64,000 nt of DNA from an uncultured virus (IMG/VR IMGVR_UViG_3300046008_001858) (Duplodnaviria > Heunggongvirae > Uroviricota > Caudoviricetes), in the IMG/VR virus record IMGVR_UViG_3300046008_001858. One strand, written 5' to 3'. Shown piece by piece: positions 19,998-30,299 of this stretch (the first letter of the stretch is position 1; each line of letters starts with the position of its first letter). Both the position numbers and the translations under genes were made by a program. The notes under the pieces are model-generated. The model saw nothing but the letters and a program-made list of their open reading frames with translations, was not told where the DNA came from and did no database searches.

Positions 19998-21495
19998 GTC
20001 AAATTACCCCACCCTGAACACAACGCAGTTGCTTAAGCAGCATGACTGTAATAATGGATGAGGCTTGTATCTGGACTCCTATAAATAAATTTATAGCTAA
20101 CTAAAGTTAGAATCTCAATTCCTGGAATCGTAACCGAAACCAAGCTTTAACTTCAACATCCGACACACTAGGGACAATTGACAAATGCCCCGAGAAAACT
20201 TCTTTTACATACTTCGCTCTCAGTCCTATATTTAATCCACCAATAAAATCTGCATCGGCGGAATAACTACAATGTAAGCACACAAATTCCTCACCCTTAT
20301 TCTTTCTATTTCCAGAATCAGCGAATCCACATTTTGGACATTGCTGACTTGTTTTATAGGGATCAACAAACACAGGTAAAGAACTTTTCATGTAAGATTT
20401 ATATGCAATAGAACCTTGAAGGTCAAAAAAGCTCCACTGGCTTTTTCTTCTGTTTGCGTCTTTCTTTTTCTTACTGTGTTTTTTATTTGATTTTGTTTCA
20501 GTGTTTTCTCTTATATTAGTTAAATCTTCGATTCCTATTATTGAATGTTCTTCAACAATAGAATTAGCTATGCAATGATTTACATCCTTTATAAACCGTC
20601 TCTCTCTTCCACTAATCGAACGTAATCTTCTTTTAGCGGAACGAGTGCCTTTGGCTTGTAATTCAGCACGTTTTTTACTGTACGAATCTTTTATCCTTAA
20701 TGTTGTTTTTCCAAAATACATTTCTGTTTTTTTGGTCTTTGTATTTACGGTTACTGCAAGTTTTCGTTGTCCAACATCCACACCAATAAAATTATTAAAA
20801 TCTTCCAATGGTTGAAAATTGGTTGGAACTTCAATTGTAACTATAAGATAGACAATCTTATTTACGGTATCAAAATATAACAAACCACCATTAGCCCCAA
20901 ATTGATTAATGTAATCAATATGTTTATTATAGCCCTTGTAAGAGACTTTCATTCTTCCCGTCAAGGTTTTAATAGACACAATATCGTGATTAAACGAGAA
21001 ATCCTTTTTTGATTGAAGATTAATTGTTTGTGCTCCGAATTTGGCTGGCTGGGTTTGTGGTTTAGAATATTTTTTATCCATTCGTGTAGTAGCAATAGAT
21101 TTGTATTGAGCTGCAACTTCTCTAATAATTGAACAAGAGATTTGAGAAGGTAATTTATATTCTTCACGAAGTATGTTATAAGTTAAATTATGCAGATCAA
21201 GTTTATTTCTATTTTTTGTTTCGAAAGAAATTTTACTAACAAAATTTTTACCATCTTTACATGCTAAAGCTAAAGTTCGTAAATCATTATATTGTGATTT
21301 AGTTGTCTCCAACTTTAATTTTACTGATAGTATTACCACTTCTGGTAATAGTATTTTATTAGTTTTTCCTTTCATAATATTATTATATCATAAATTAAAA
21401 AATATTTACAAAAAGTAATTATATATCGCAGCTCCTCCAACTTCGTTCATTTCAGGATCCGCCCTAAATGACGAGGTTTCCGCTACTAAAAGTTA
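19998..21495 (-). mobile_element. IS200/IS605-family tnpB-only element (boundaries approximate)
   Basis: tnpB plus right-end motif CAGGGTGGGGTAATTTGAC (minus strand) and a GC-rich left-end hairpin region at about 21430-21490; no tnpA. Confidence 0.75.
20107..21375 (-). CDS. tnpB: RNA-guided endonuclease TnpB
   Basis: RuvC GVDVG, IGIEDL and ADFIGGLN motifs; TSQQCPKCG..CLHC zinc ribbon. Confidence 0.95.
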   Translation of the reverse strand: MKGKTNKILLPEVVILSVKLKLETTKSQYNDLRTLALACKDGKNFVSKISFETKNRNKLDLHNLTYNILREEYKLPSQISCSIIREVAAQYKSIATTRMDKKYSKPQTQPAKFGAQTINLQSKKDFSFNHDIVSIKTLTGRMKVSYKGYNKHIDYINQFGANGGLLYFDTVNKIVYLIVTIEVPTNFQPLEDFNNFIGVDVGQRKLAVTVNTKTKKTEMYFGKTTLRIKDSYSKKRAELQAKGTRSAKRRLRSISGRERRFIKDVNHCIANSIVEEHSIIGIEDLTNIRENTETKSNKKHSKKKKDANRRKSQWSFFDLQGSIAYKSYMKSSLPVFVDPYKTSQQCPKCGFADSGNRKNKGEEFVCLHCSYSADADFIGGLNIGLRAKYVKEVFSGHLSIVPSVSDVEVKAWFRLRFQELRF

Positions 21496-21508
21496 GATGA
21501 ATAGTTAA

Positions 21509-21880
21509 TCATTTTCTACAAATTTTAATATTTTCATATTTTTGCATATATTCTTCATAAGTCCCTTGAAGTTTTCTTAATTCAAGTGCACCTAATAAAA
21601 CATCTACACCTTTTTCAAATTGTTTTTCAATCCAAGCATCTTGTGCTAAATTCCAATCATTAAAATATTCTCCTTGACACTTAACAGCTGCTTTTTCAGG
21701 TAATACTAACAACATTCCTTCAGTTGAAACAAAATATTTATATATTATATTTTTATTACGTTCAAAATATTCTTCTCTATAACGTTCTGGGTTACCTTCT
21801 GATAATTTAATTACCATATCATGCTTTATAATGGCTAATTTCGATATTGGTTCTCTAATTGTAAAATCTTGATTATTCAT
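21509..21880 (-). CDS. Hypothetical protein
   Basis: 123-aa ORF with RBS. Confidence 0.65.
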   Translation of the reverse strand: MNNQDFTIREPISKLAIIKHDMVIKLSEGNPERYREEYFERNKNIIYKYFVSTEGMLLVLPEKAAVKCQGEYFNDWNLAQDAWIEKQFEKGVDVLLGALELRKLQGTYEEYMQKYENIKICRK

Positions 21881-22032
21881 TTTAAAAGTTCCTTTTTAAT
21901 TTATTTTATCTTAAACTATATTAAAAATGACTGAAATATTTTTATTTTTTATTAACGTTCGATTAAGGATATATTTGTTAAAATACTTTAAATAAAGACT
22001 ATTAAACGAATAATAGTAAAGGAAATTTTAAA

Positions 22033-23049
22033 ATGAAACTCGTAAATGTTAATCAACTAAGAAACAAAAAAAATTTATTAGCTTTTTCTGGCGGAACAGA
22101 TTCAAGTGCACTGTTTAATGTTTTAATTTCAGAAAAAATTGAATTTGATATTATCATTGTAAATTACAATACTAGAGAAACATCTTTTGCTGAAACTATG
22201 TTTGCTCGTGATTTAGCAACAACTTATAATAAAATGTGTTTTACAAAAAGTGTTGTAATTGAAAATCATTCTAATTTTGAAAAAGTAGCAAGAGATGTTA
22301 GACATTCATTTTTCGAAGAAACAATTAAGGAATATAATTATGACAATTTAATTACAGGTCATAATCTTAATGATAAAATGGAATGGTTTCTTATGCAAAT
22401 GACAAGAGGCGCTGGAATTAGAGAATTATTTGGTATGGAACCAATTTCAGAAAAAGAAATTGATAATTCAGGTATTTTTTATAATATTGTTCGACCTTTG
22501 ATCTCTACTTCAAAAGAAGAAATTCTTGCTTATCTTGAAGATAATAAATTGAAACATTTTTTCGACGAATCTAATAATGATCAAAAATATACTCGTAATC
22601 AATTTAGAGCAAATTATGTATCAAAACTTGTTTCAGACTTTTCAACTGGTATTTCAAAAACATTTGATATTTTAGAAAAAGAAGTTGATTGTCTTGATAT
22701 TAAAGTTGAATATATTGAAAGATCCGATGATTATGCTATCGTAAAAGCTGCTGATTATAATTTTGTTTCTATTGCTAGTTTGTTATTAAAAAAATATGGA
22801 TATGTCATGAGCGGCCCTCAGCGTGATTCATTTCATACACTATGTGAATTAGTTGTTACCATTGGAACAATGCCTTATGTTATCTCTTATCATACAAATA
22901 CACTAACGTTTACACCTTATGTAATTGGAGTTGCAATGACAAATGAATTTAAGGAGAAAATGCGCAAATCTTTAGTTCATCCTAAGCATAGAGCTTATTT
23001 ATTTATGATTGAAAATAAAAATAATTTAAATTATACTTCTATTGTATAA
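22033..23049 (+). CDS. tilS: tRNA(Ile)-lysidine synthetase
   Basis: AFSGGTDS PP-loop, FEKVAR, TGHNLND..E, IVRPL and DESN..KYTRNQFR motifs. Confidence 0.95.
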   Translation: MKLVNVNQLRNKKNLLAFSGGTDSSALFNVLISEKIEFDIIIVNYNTRETSFAETMFARDLATTYNKMCFTKSVVIENHSNFEKVARDVRHSFFEETIKEYNYDNLITGHNLNDKMEWFLMQMTRGAGIRELFGMEPISEKEIDNSGIFYNIVRPLISTSKEEILAYLEDNKLKHFFDESNNDQKYTRNQFRANYVSKLVSDFSTGISKTFDILEKEVDCLDIKVEYIERSDDYAIVKAADYNFVSIASLLLKKYGYVMSGPQRDSFHTLCELVVTIGTMPYVISYHTNTLTFTPYVIGVAMTNEFKEKMRKSLVHPKHRAYLFMIENKNNLNYTSIV

Positions 23050-23086
23050 TTATAAAAAATAAAACGTAATAGGAAATTAACATAAT

Positions 23087-23887
23087 ATGAATATGAACGA
23101 TATATTAGCATTTATAAATATAGATGATATATTAAATAATGAAGAGATTAAAAGTCTTTTATCAAAATATCAAAATGAATTTATATATTATATGAATATT
23201 ATTATTAATAATCCTATAGTCAAAATAGCTATATCTATTATATTAATTATTTATATGTACAAAAAAATTATTAAATTTAATGAAAATAGAAAATTACGAA
23301 AAATTAAAAAAGAAAAAGAACTTTTTGACTTAGGACAAAATAAAAGATTTACTCAAAAAAATTATTTTTCGTCATATAAAATTCCAGATAATGTAAAATT
23401 TAAATTTTTACAAACTTATCCAAAGTATAAGATTGAAGATTTCATGAATATAGAAAAAACATTAATGGATTATTTTTGGTTATATATCCCTGAATATGGG
23501 ACTAGGAATCTATTTTTCACAATTCATTCTAAAATCGCAGATGATTTGTGGCATATATTTTCATTATTTCCAAAGGAATATAATGATTTTTGTATTAATT
23601 CCTTTGGTTTTAACGTTAAATTCATTCCTTATAACAATAATGAATCATTTCAAAAAATATTAAATACATATCGAATGCTGAAAGTTAAAAATAAAACAGA
23701 AGGATTTGATTTAGATACAAAATATCGTATAGAAAATAAATATAATAATGAATTTATAATCAAAATTGAACATATTCTCTATAAAGATAAATCGAATAGA
23801 ACTCCTGAAGAAAATGAATTAATATCATCTTTGGGATTTGATTTTGACTTTGAAAAAAAAGAATTAAAAAAATCATATTTTAGTTAA
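23087..23887 (+). CDS. Hypothetical membrane-anchored protein
   Basis: 266 aa with one TM helix and an S..ADDLWH.F.L...Y..FC motif. Confidence 0.65.
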   Translation: MNMNDILAFINIDDILNNEEIKSLLSKYQNEFIYYMNIIINNPIVKIAISIILIIYMYKKIIKFNENRKLRKIKKEKELFDLGQNKRFTQKNYFSSYKIPDNVKFKFLQTYPKYKIEDFMNIEKTLMDYFWLYIPEYGTRNLFFTIHSKIADDLWHIFSLFPKEYNDFCINSFGFNVKFIPYNNNESFQKILNTYRMLKVKNKTEGFDLDTKYRIENKYNNEFIIKIEHILYKDKSNRTPEENELISSLGFDFDFEKKELKKSYFS

Positions 23888-23952
23888 TATAGGTGTTTTT
23901 AAGCTTTTATTTTATATAATATTTATATAAAAAGAAGCTAAAGGTTGTTAAT

Positions 23953-24390
23953 ATGAATGTTGTAAAAGTATTTCTCGCTGATAGATCAAGCGATATAGAA
24001 GTGTCCATTGAAACAGTTAGTGAAGTAATTGAATCATTTATTATGATAAATGATAATCAAGCTTTCTCACTTGAAAATGGAAATTCTTATTTTCCTATTC
24101 AACCACAAAATTCATTATTTAATAATGAGTTTACTACATTAACAGAGATTTATTCTGACTTTGTTCCAACAGAAGTTATTTTGTTAATTGAAGAAGCTAC
24201 AGTTAAATCAGCAATGGGAACTGAACATGTTGGATATAGAGCATCTTTAGTTAAAATTAATAAAGAAACTCCTGCTTCATTAATGTTTACGGTAATTTCA
24301 TCTATAGGCCCAGTAAGATTGTATAAAGATGAAGAATATACAATAAGAAAAGTAAAAAGAAGTTTTCAAAGTTTTTATAGATTAAGCTAA
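23953..24390 (+). CDS. Hypothetical protein
   Basis: 145-aa ORF with promoter and RBS. Confidence 0.65.
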   Translation: MNVVKVFLADRSSDIEVSIETVSEVIESFIMINDNQAFSLENGNSYFPIQPQNSLFNNEFTTLTEIYSDFVPTEVILLIEEATVKSAMGTEHVGYRASLVKINKETPASLMFTVISSIGPVRLYKDEEYTIRKVKRSFQSFYRLS

Positions 24391-24481
24391 TTTTTAAGTA
24401 AATAAGTCTTATTACTATTGAAGATTCTCTTTTTTGAGTTTCATAAATTTATAATCGCTAAAAGCGGAAAAGGAAGTTACC

Positions 24482-24958
24482 ATGCCATGTTATGATCCAC
24501 GAGACGAAGAAGATCGTATTGAAGCTAGTAAGCGTGCAAATAATGCACTAAAGGAAGTTGGTGAGCTAAAAGCTCAAATTAAAAAGTTGAAACGTCAAGA
24601 AATTGAACGTGAAGTTGAAGTATGCAAGATTATGTCTGCAATGCTTTCTTTTTTGAATATTGGAGAGTATTCATCTCCAGATGAATTTGAAGAAATTTTC
24701 TTTAATTATGAAGAAATTGAACAAACCTTTAATGTTGAAAAGGGTCTTTTCAAATATCACCAAGAACATCGAATGGAAGATCAAAAGTTTTATATTAAAA
24801 CTTTGAAAAAAATGAAAAAAGCTGAGACGGATAAATCTATCAGAAAAGAAATTAAAGAAGAAATTAAAAAAGCAAAAGTTATTGATCTAAATACTGATTT
24901 TAGACCACTTGTTGATCGAAGTTATTTTTCTTCAAAATTTCTACCAGCACATAAATAA
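24482..24958 (+). CDS. Hypothetical protein (MPCYDPR N-terminus)
   Basis: 158-aa ORF with RBS. Confidence 0.7.
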   Translation: MPCYDPRDEEDRIEASKRANNALKEVGELKAQIKKLKRQEIEREVEVCKIMSAMLSFLNIGEYSSPDEFEEIFFNYEEIEQTFNVEKGLFKYHQEHRMEDQKFYIKTLKKMKKAETDKSIRKEIKEEIKKAKVIDLNTDFRPLVDRSYFSSKFLPAHK

Positions 24959-24969
24959 TTCATAAGGGA

Positions 24970-25806
24970 TTGAAAATGTCACAGTCAATTGTAAAAAAAT
25001 TATCAACAGTCTTTCTTAATTTTGAAAATAGTTTTAAAAATACTAATTATTCAAAAGAAGAATTAAACAAAAGATCTTCCAAAATAACGGAAGATTATTA
25101 CAGCGGAAAAGTTATGTTTAAAGCTGGAGTTAAAAGTGATTTTATTAGAATTTATCAAAATGATAAAAATATGTCAATTGGTTTTAGCTTTATAACTAAC
25201 GGTGAACCTGATATTGTTTATCCAATAACGATATCTATTTTTCAAGATAATAAAAGATATTTTAAAGAAGTTACACCAACAGTGTTGAGTGACGGATTAA
25301 AAAGTATCTATAAAACAACAAAACCAGAGATTTTTGAAGAAGTTATTCTTGCTGTTTTTAAAACATTTGAATTTTCAGCTTCAGAGGAAACGAATGTTAT
25401 TTTGTTTGACGAATTTTATGCTTTTGACGAAATCAAGATCTTAACGGAAAAAGAACGTGAAGATATCGATTCAAGCAAAGAATCTTATACAGAGATATCA
25501 AAACAAAGATATAAAATTCAATCTGAAATCAATAGAAAAGTAGCTGAATATCAAAGCGAATTGGAAAATTATTATCAACTAAATGGAGTAACTTTCAATA
25601 CTCTTAAACAACAAGAAGCAGCGGCTTTACAAGAAATCTTAGAATCAGAAGTAAAGTTTGTTGATAAAGTTGTAAGTTATTACAATAATTTTGATATTTC
25701 ACTTGAAAAGTTCTTAAATAATATTTCAAGAAAATTTCAATTTGGTTATTTTTCTTCAAAAGGTTATGATAAAGCCTTAGATAATAGAATTAAAGGAAAA
25801 CTTTAA
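24970..25806 (+). CDS. Hypothetical protein
   Basis: 278-aa operonic ORF. Confidence 0.7.
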   Translation: MKMSQSIVKKLSTVFLNFENSFKNTNYSKEELNKRSSKITEDYYSGKVMFKAGVKSDFIRIYQNDKNMSIGFSFITNGEPDIVYPITISIFQDNKRYFKEVTPTVLSDGLKSIYKTTKPEIFEEVILAVFKTFEFSASEETNVILFDEFYAFDEIKILTEKEREDIDSSKESYTEISKQRYKIQSEINRKVAEYQSELENYYQLNGVTFNTLKQQEAAALQEILESEVKFVDKVVSYYNNFDISLEKFLNNISRKFQFGYFSSKGYDKALDNRIKGKL

Positions 25807-25890
25807 TTTTCCCCTTTTTAAGGGGTTAAAATATGAAAATCTCCTTATAACAGATAGCGTGTTACAAAACACAATTTTAAAGGAGTTATT

Positions 25891-26607
25891 ATGAAAATAA
25901 CAACAGAAATCATTCTAGCTCGATTCAAAACTGTTGAAAAACATATTGGAAAGAACTACGATTACAGTAAGTTTATATATACAGGAACAAATTATAAAGG
26001 TATTATTATTTGTCCTATTCACGGAGAATTTCTTCAAACACCAAAAGCTCATACTCATGGAGATGGTTGTCCAGATTGTGCACATCCAAATAAATTGCTT
26101 TCCAGAGAAAAAGTTATCGAAGACATTGAAAAAGTTCATGGTGTAGATACATTTGATTTAACTGAATTTGAATACACAGGTTCTAAAGATAAATCAAAAA
26201 TTACATGCTTATCTTGTAATAATGTATTTTTTCAACATAAAAGAAATCTTGTACAAAGAAAGTATGGATGTCCTTGTTGCGCAAAAAGTGGTTTTAATCC
26301 AAATTTACCAGGAATTCTTTATTATTTAAAAATAGAGAAAAATGGTCAAGTTGGTTTTAAAATAGGCATTACGAATAAAACGTTAGAAGAACGATTTAGA
26401 GCTGATTTAAAATATATCACTGTAATTTGGACGGAAACGTTTGAAAATGGACAAGATGCGTTAACCAAAGAACAATCTATTCTAAAAGAATTTGGGCATG
26501 CTAGATGGACTAGAAAGACTAATGGTGTAAAGATGAAACCATTGTTAAAAGCAGGTAATACTGAAATATTTAAATATGACGTTTTATCTCTTATTGGTTT
26601 TAATTAA
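25891..26607 (+). CDS. Putative free-standing homing endonuclease (zinc-binding repeats, GIY-YIG-like C-terminus)
   Basis: ICPIHGEF..H..GCPDC repeats; LYYLKI..FKIGIT...RF..E motif. Confidence 0.7.
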   Translation: MKITTEIILARFKTVEKHIGKNYDYSKFIYTGTNYKGIIICPIHGEFLQTPKAHTHGDGCPDCAHPNKLLSREKVIEDIEKVHGVDTFDLTEFEYTGSKDKSKITCLSCNNVFFQHKRNLVQRKYGCPCCAKSGFNPNLPGILYYLKIEKNGQVGFKIGITNKTLEERFRADLKYITVIWTETFENGQDALTKEQSILKEFGHARWTRKTNGVKMKPLLKAGNTEIFKYDVLSLIGFN

Positions 26608-26697
26608 TACAGGAATTCCTGTATTGATTTTCATTTTATGAATTAATCTAAAAGATTTTTAGTAACACGGAAATATCCGTATTACCAATTTAAAAAA

Positions 26698-27042
26698 TCA
26701 ATCTAAGCCTAGTTCATTAAATATAAAATTTAAAAACTTAGCATGACTAGATGTGTTTGATAGCGATGGTTTTAGATCCATAATATAATCTAATTTACCT
26801 TGATATAGCCACTCTAATATTGGATAGAGTGAATGGATTGAAGTATATTCAAACCCTTCTTTTTTAGCTTTTTCAGAAAGAATTTCAAGCAACTCTTTTT
26901 CTTCAAGGAACAAGCAATCAAAAAGTTTTTCTTTTTGTTGTTTTGTTTGAGGTAGTAATTTATATTGCTCAAAAACATCTTTTGCTTCTTGAATTGAAAG
27001 TCTCCAATTCAAGTTATCGATAATTTTTTCTTCTTTTTTCAT
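26698..27042 (-). CDS. Hypothetical protein
   Basis: 114-aa ORF with RBS. Confidence 0.6.
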   Translation of the reverse strand: MKKEEKIIDNLNWRLSIQEAKDVFEQYKLLPQTKQQKEKLFDCLFLEEKELLEILSEKAKKEGFEYTSIHSLYPILEWLYQGKLDYIMDLKPSLSNTSSHAKFLNFIFNELGLD

Positions 27043-27052
27043 GATAATTCCT

Positions 27053-27454
27053 TTATTTTATTAGTAATCGCAACTGTCTTAAAACAGTTTTATTTCTTTT
27101 GTCATAAAAAGCGATTAGTTTTGAATAATCATTTTCATTATATCCAAGACAATCTCTAGACAAAATAACTTTAATTTCATAAGGAGTAAATGGATTTAAC
27201 CAAAAACTATTTCTTTTCAAGAAATTAAAATAATGTCGTACAATGTATTTTAAACCCAATAAATATCCAAATTCATGTATCTCTGGATATCTAGTAAAAA
27301 AATGCTCAGTACCATTTTTCCAATACAATCGTTTCCGTGGAAAAAAAGCTTCGAAATCTTTTCTAATGGAAGAAAAAATTGTAATTTCAGATTTCAATAA
27401 AACACCAGAAATCAAACCTAAAAAAAAGATCATTACAGCAAGTAAGATCGACAT
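27053..27454 (-). CDS. Hypothetical membrane-anchored protein
   Basis: N-terminal TM helix, GGGGG RBS. Confidence 0.6.
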   Translation of the reverse strand: MSILLAVMIFFLGLISGVLLKSEITIFSSIRKDFEAFFPRKRLYWKNGTEHFFTRYPEIHEFGYLLGLKYIVRHYFNFLKRNSFWLNPFTPYEIKVILSRDCLGYNENDYSKLIAFYDKRNKTVLRQLRLLIK

Positions 27455-27603
27455 AATACACCCCCATATAAAATGTATATTCAAATAAGAATACCATTTT
27501 TAGTTATATATACAGATTTATATAAAAAGTTCTATTTTTTTTTAATAAAAATGAAATACTCTATTAAGTATAATTTTTGTTAAACTTATATAAGGAATTC
27601 ATC

Positions 27604-28254
27604 GTGAGTCCACTAAAACTTTTTCTAAATACACATCCTGCAACAATATGGATTGCTGTAAATCTTTCTTTAACTTACTTATTTTTTTCAATTAATTTTA
27701 TGTTTCATAAAATTATAGGTATTTATCTTGGAGTTATTTCAATAATTTCATTAATTATAATGTTAATAATTATTAAATTTCTATATAAAAGTAAGAAAAA
27801 TGATTTAATTAAAGAGATAGATAAAAAAGAATTTAAAGAATTTAAAGAAAATGTATTTAATAAATACAATGGAGAGAATAAATATAATTATGAAAACAAA
27901 ACTCTTGAAGGTATTTTTATTAAAATAGAACAAGCGAAAGAACTTCTTGATAAAAGATTCTCTTTTTCTTCAATTATAAAAGATAGAATTAAAGATTTAA
28001 TGTTTGATTATTTAAATTTAGCAATTAAAAATTTCGATTTAATTAAAGATATGAGAAAAACTGCTGAGAATTCATCTCATAATTATGGAGATGAAATAAA
28101 TGCTTTATGTCGAGAAAACGATGAAATATCAAAAAATCTAGATAATTTAATAAGAGAATTTTTTATTGATCAAAAAGGTGAAGATAATATATCTGAACTA
28201 AATGAATCATTATTAAGAAGTTTAGAATTATTTGAAAGAATGAGAAAAAAATGA
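27604..28254 (+). CDS. Hypothetical membrane protein with coiled coil
   Basis: Two TM segments; overlaps the next start (ATGA). Confidence 0.6.
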   Translation: MSPLKLFLNTHPATIWIAVNLSLTYLFFSINFMFHKIIGIYLGVISIISLIIMLIIIKFLYKSKKNDLIKEIDKKEFKEFKENVFNKYNGENKYNYENKTLEGIFIKIEQAKELLDKRFSFSSIIKDRIKDLMFDYLNLAIKNFDLIKDMRKTAENSSHNYGDEINALCRENDEISKNLDNLIREFFIDQKGEDNISELNESLLRSLELFERMRKK

Positions 28255-29138
28255 ATAACTTAAAAACAGCATCTTATATATTTTTTGGATTATTTGGATT
28301 TTTTACATTCATATTATGGTTTAACTATTTTTTATATAATCATAATGTAAAAAAAGAACCTGTTATTAAAAAAGAATTAACATGTGGAACAGGAATGGTT
28401 TTAACAAAGTACCCAGAAGGACTTGTTTGTATTCCTAAGGTAGGTAGTTGTGACGATAATAACAAGCAAACCATAAAAGACGAATGGGTTAAAGGAGTTT
28501 GTACAGGAATTAATATTGAAGGTAAGATTTGTAATGACAATAATGAGTTAACTATTAATGATTCATATACAAATGGTATTTGTATTGGTATAGTACAAGA
28601 AGGCTCAAGCTGTAACGATGATAATTCAAAAACAATAAATGATCAATATCACAATAAACAATGTATAGGAACATATGTTGAGGGTAAATCTTGTAATGAT
28701 CACTTTGAAGATACAATTAACGATATGTATCATTACGGTATTTGTATAGGTGAATCAGTTGAAAATAAAGAATGTAATGATAATAATATCAATACAATTA
28801 ATGATAGATATCATAAAGGTGTTTGCGCTGGAAGTAATGTAGAAGGTCAACCTTGTAATGATAATAATCCTCAAACTGTCAATGATTTTTACAAAAAAGG
28901 TATTTGTTCAGGTGTAAATATGGAAGGAATTTCTTGTTCAGACGATGATTTTTCAACAATATTAGATTCTTTTCATAATGGAGTTTGTATTGGAAAACAT
29001 TTGGATCAACTAAAATGTGACGATCATAATCCAAAAACGATAAACGATACTTTAAAAAAGAGTGGTACATGCTCAGGAATAAATGTTGAAGGAAAACCTT
29101 GTAATAATGGAAAATTTCATAATGGAGTTTGTGCATGA
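28251..29138 (+). CDS. Membrane-anchored Cys-repeat protein
   Basis: About 8 tandem 27-aa CNDNNxxTINDxYxxGxCxG repeats after a TM helix. Confidence 0.8.
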   Translation: MNNLKTASYIFFGLFGFFTFILWFNYFLYNHNVKKEPVIKKELTCGTGMVLTKYPEGLVCIPKVGSCDDNNKQTIKDEWVKGVCTGINIEGKICNDNNELTINDSYTNGICIGIVQEGSSCNDDNSKTINDQYHNKQCIGTYVEGKSCNDHFEDTINDMYHYGICIGESVENKECNDNNINTINDRYHKGVCAGSNVEGQPCNDNNPQTVNDFYKKGICSGVNMEGISCSDDDFSTILDSFHNGVCIGKHLDQLKCDDHNPKTINDTLKKSGTCSGINVEGKPCNNGKFHNGVCA

Positions 29139-29158
29139 TTATTTTTAATAGCGAAAAT

Positions 29159-29605
29159 ATGATAAAAAATAGTATTTTTTTATTTTTAGGATTAATAGCC
29201 ACTTTTTCTATAATCTTATACTTATTTAAAATTGATTATTCAACAAAGCTTGCAAATAATGTTAATTCAATAAAGCAAGAAAGAGATATTGCGGTCCAGT
29301 CTTTAAACACAAAAATAATAAGCTCCTGTCCTGCAGGATATGTATTTACTAATGGACACTGTGAAGAAGATTCAGCAAATAAATTAAGCAGCATGCCATT
29401 ATCACAAGTAAATAATCAAATTATGAGTGTGCAAAAACAATCTATATCAATGGTATTAGATTTTTCAAAGGTTTTTTCTTTATTAGTCTTAATAATTGGT
29501 TTTATATCATTTTTTAGAACACATGAGATTCAAAGCATTGTAATGCCAATAATGTTGGCAAGCTTTTTAAGTTTTATGCCTATAATGTTAAATTCATTTT
29601 TTTAA
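29159..29605 (+). CDS. Hypothetical membrane protein
   Basis: TM segments and CPAGY..C motif. Confidence 0.6.
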   Translation: MIKNSIFLFLGLIATFSIILYLFKIDYSTKLANNVNSIKQERDIAVQSLNTKIISSCPAGYVFTNGHCEEDSANKLSSMPLSQVNNQIMSVQKQSISMVLDFSKVFSLLVLIIGFISFFRTHEIQSIVMPIMLASFLSFMPIMLNSFF

Positions 29606-29646
29606 CATAAATAAGATATAATCTATTTAAAAAAGGAGATAAAAAT

Positions 29647-29847
29647 ATGATAAACATCCCATTAGCACACACAAAAAAAGGTGTTATTAGTTTAACTAAA
29701 ATTGAACAACCGTATGGGCCAAAAAGTGATCCAGTAGTAAGTATTGGAATTAGTATCGCTGGAGGAGAAACTCCAGATTATAAAGTTCATATTCCAATAG
29801 AAAATATAGATGATTTAATATCTGCTTTAAAAACAGTTAAATCTTAA
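29647..29847 (+). CDS. Hypothetical protein
   Basis: 66 aa with AGGAG RBS and TATAAT promoter. Confidence 0.65.
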   Translation: MINIPLAHTKKGVISLTKIEQPYGPKSDPVVSIGISIAGGETPDYKVHIPIENIDDLISALKTVKS

Positions 29848-30110
29848 TTATAAGCGTTAAATTCTTTTAACGCTTCTTCTCTGCTTTTATTAAATTGAGA
29901 CCCTCTTACTAATAATAATTTACCACTATTTTCATAAGCATTAATATATTCAACTTCTTTAAATATAATTATTTCATAATCTTTTTTATCCTGTAAATAA
30001 TTAATATCTAAATAAGTATATATTGGTGCAAATATAACGTCAAAATTATGACTCTCAATTTTTTTATTAAAAAATATTTGTTTAAAAAATTTTTTAATTT
30101 TAGACTTCAT
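29844..30110 (-). CDS. Hypothetical protein
   Basis: ORF with GGAG RBS. Confidence 0.5.
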   Translation of the reverse strand: MKSKIKKFFKQIFFNKKIESHNFDVIFAPIYTYLDINYLQDKKDYEIIIFKEVEYINAYENSGKLLLVRGSQFNKSREEALKEFNAYN

Positions 30111-30299
30111 ATTACTCTCCATTATCTTTAACGATATAATCGTTTTTCGATGTTTTTAAAACTTTAATGAATTATATTAAAAAATTATTTTAAAACTTGA
30201 ATTTAATATAAAATTTATAAAAATAAGTGTGATTATTAATGTTTTTAAAAGCTTTTATCGATTATAATATAAATTAAACAATCTAAAGAGGAATAAATT

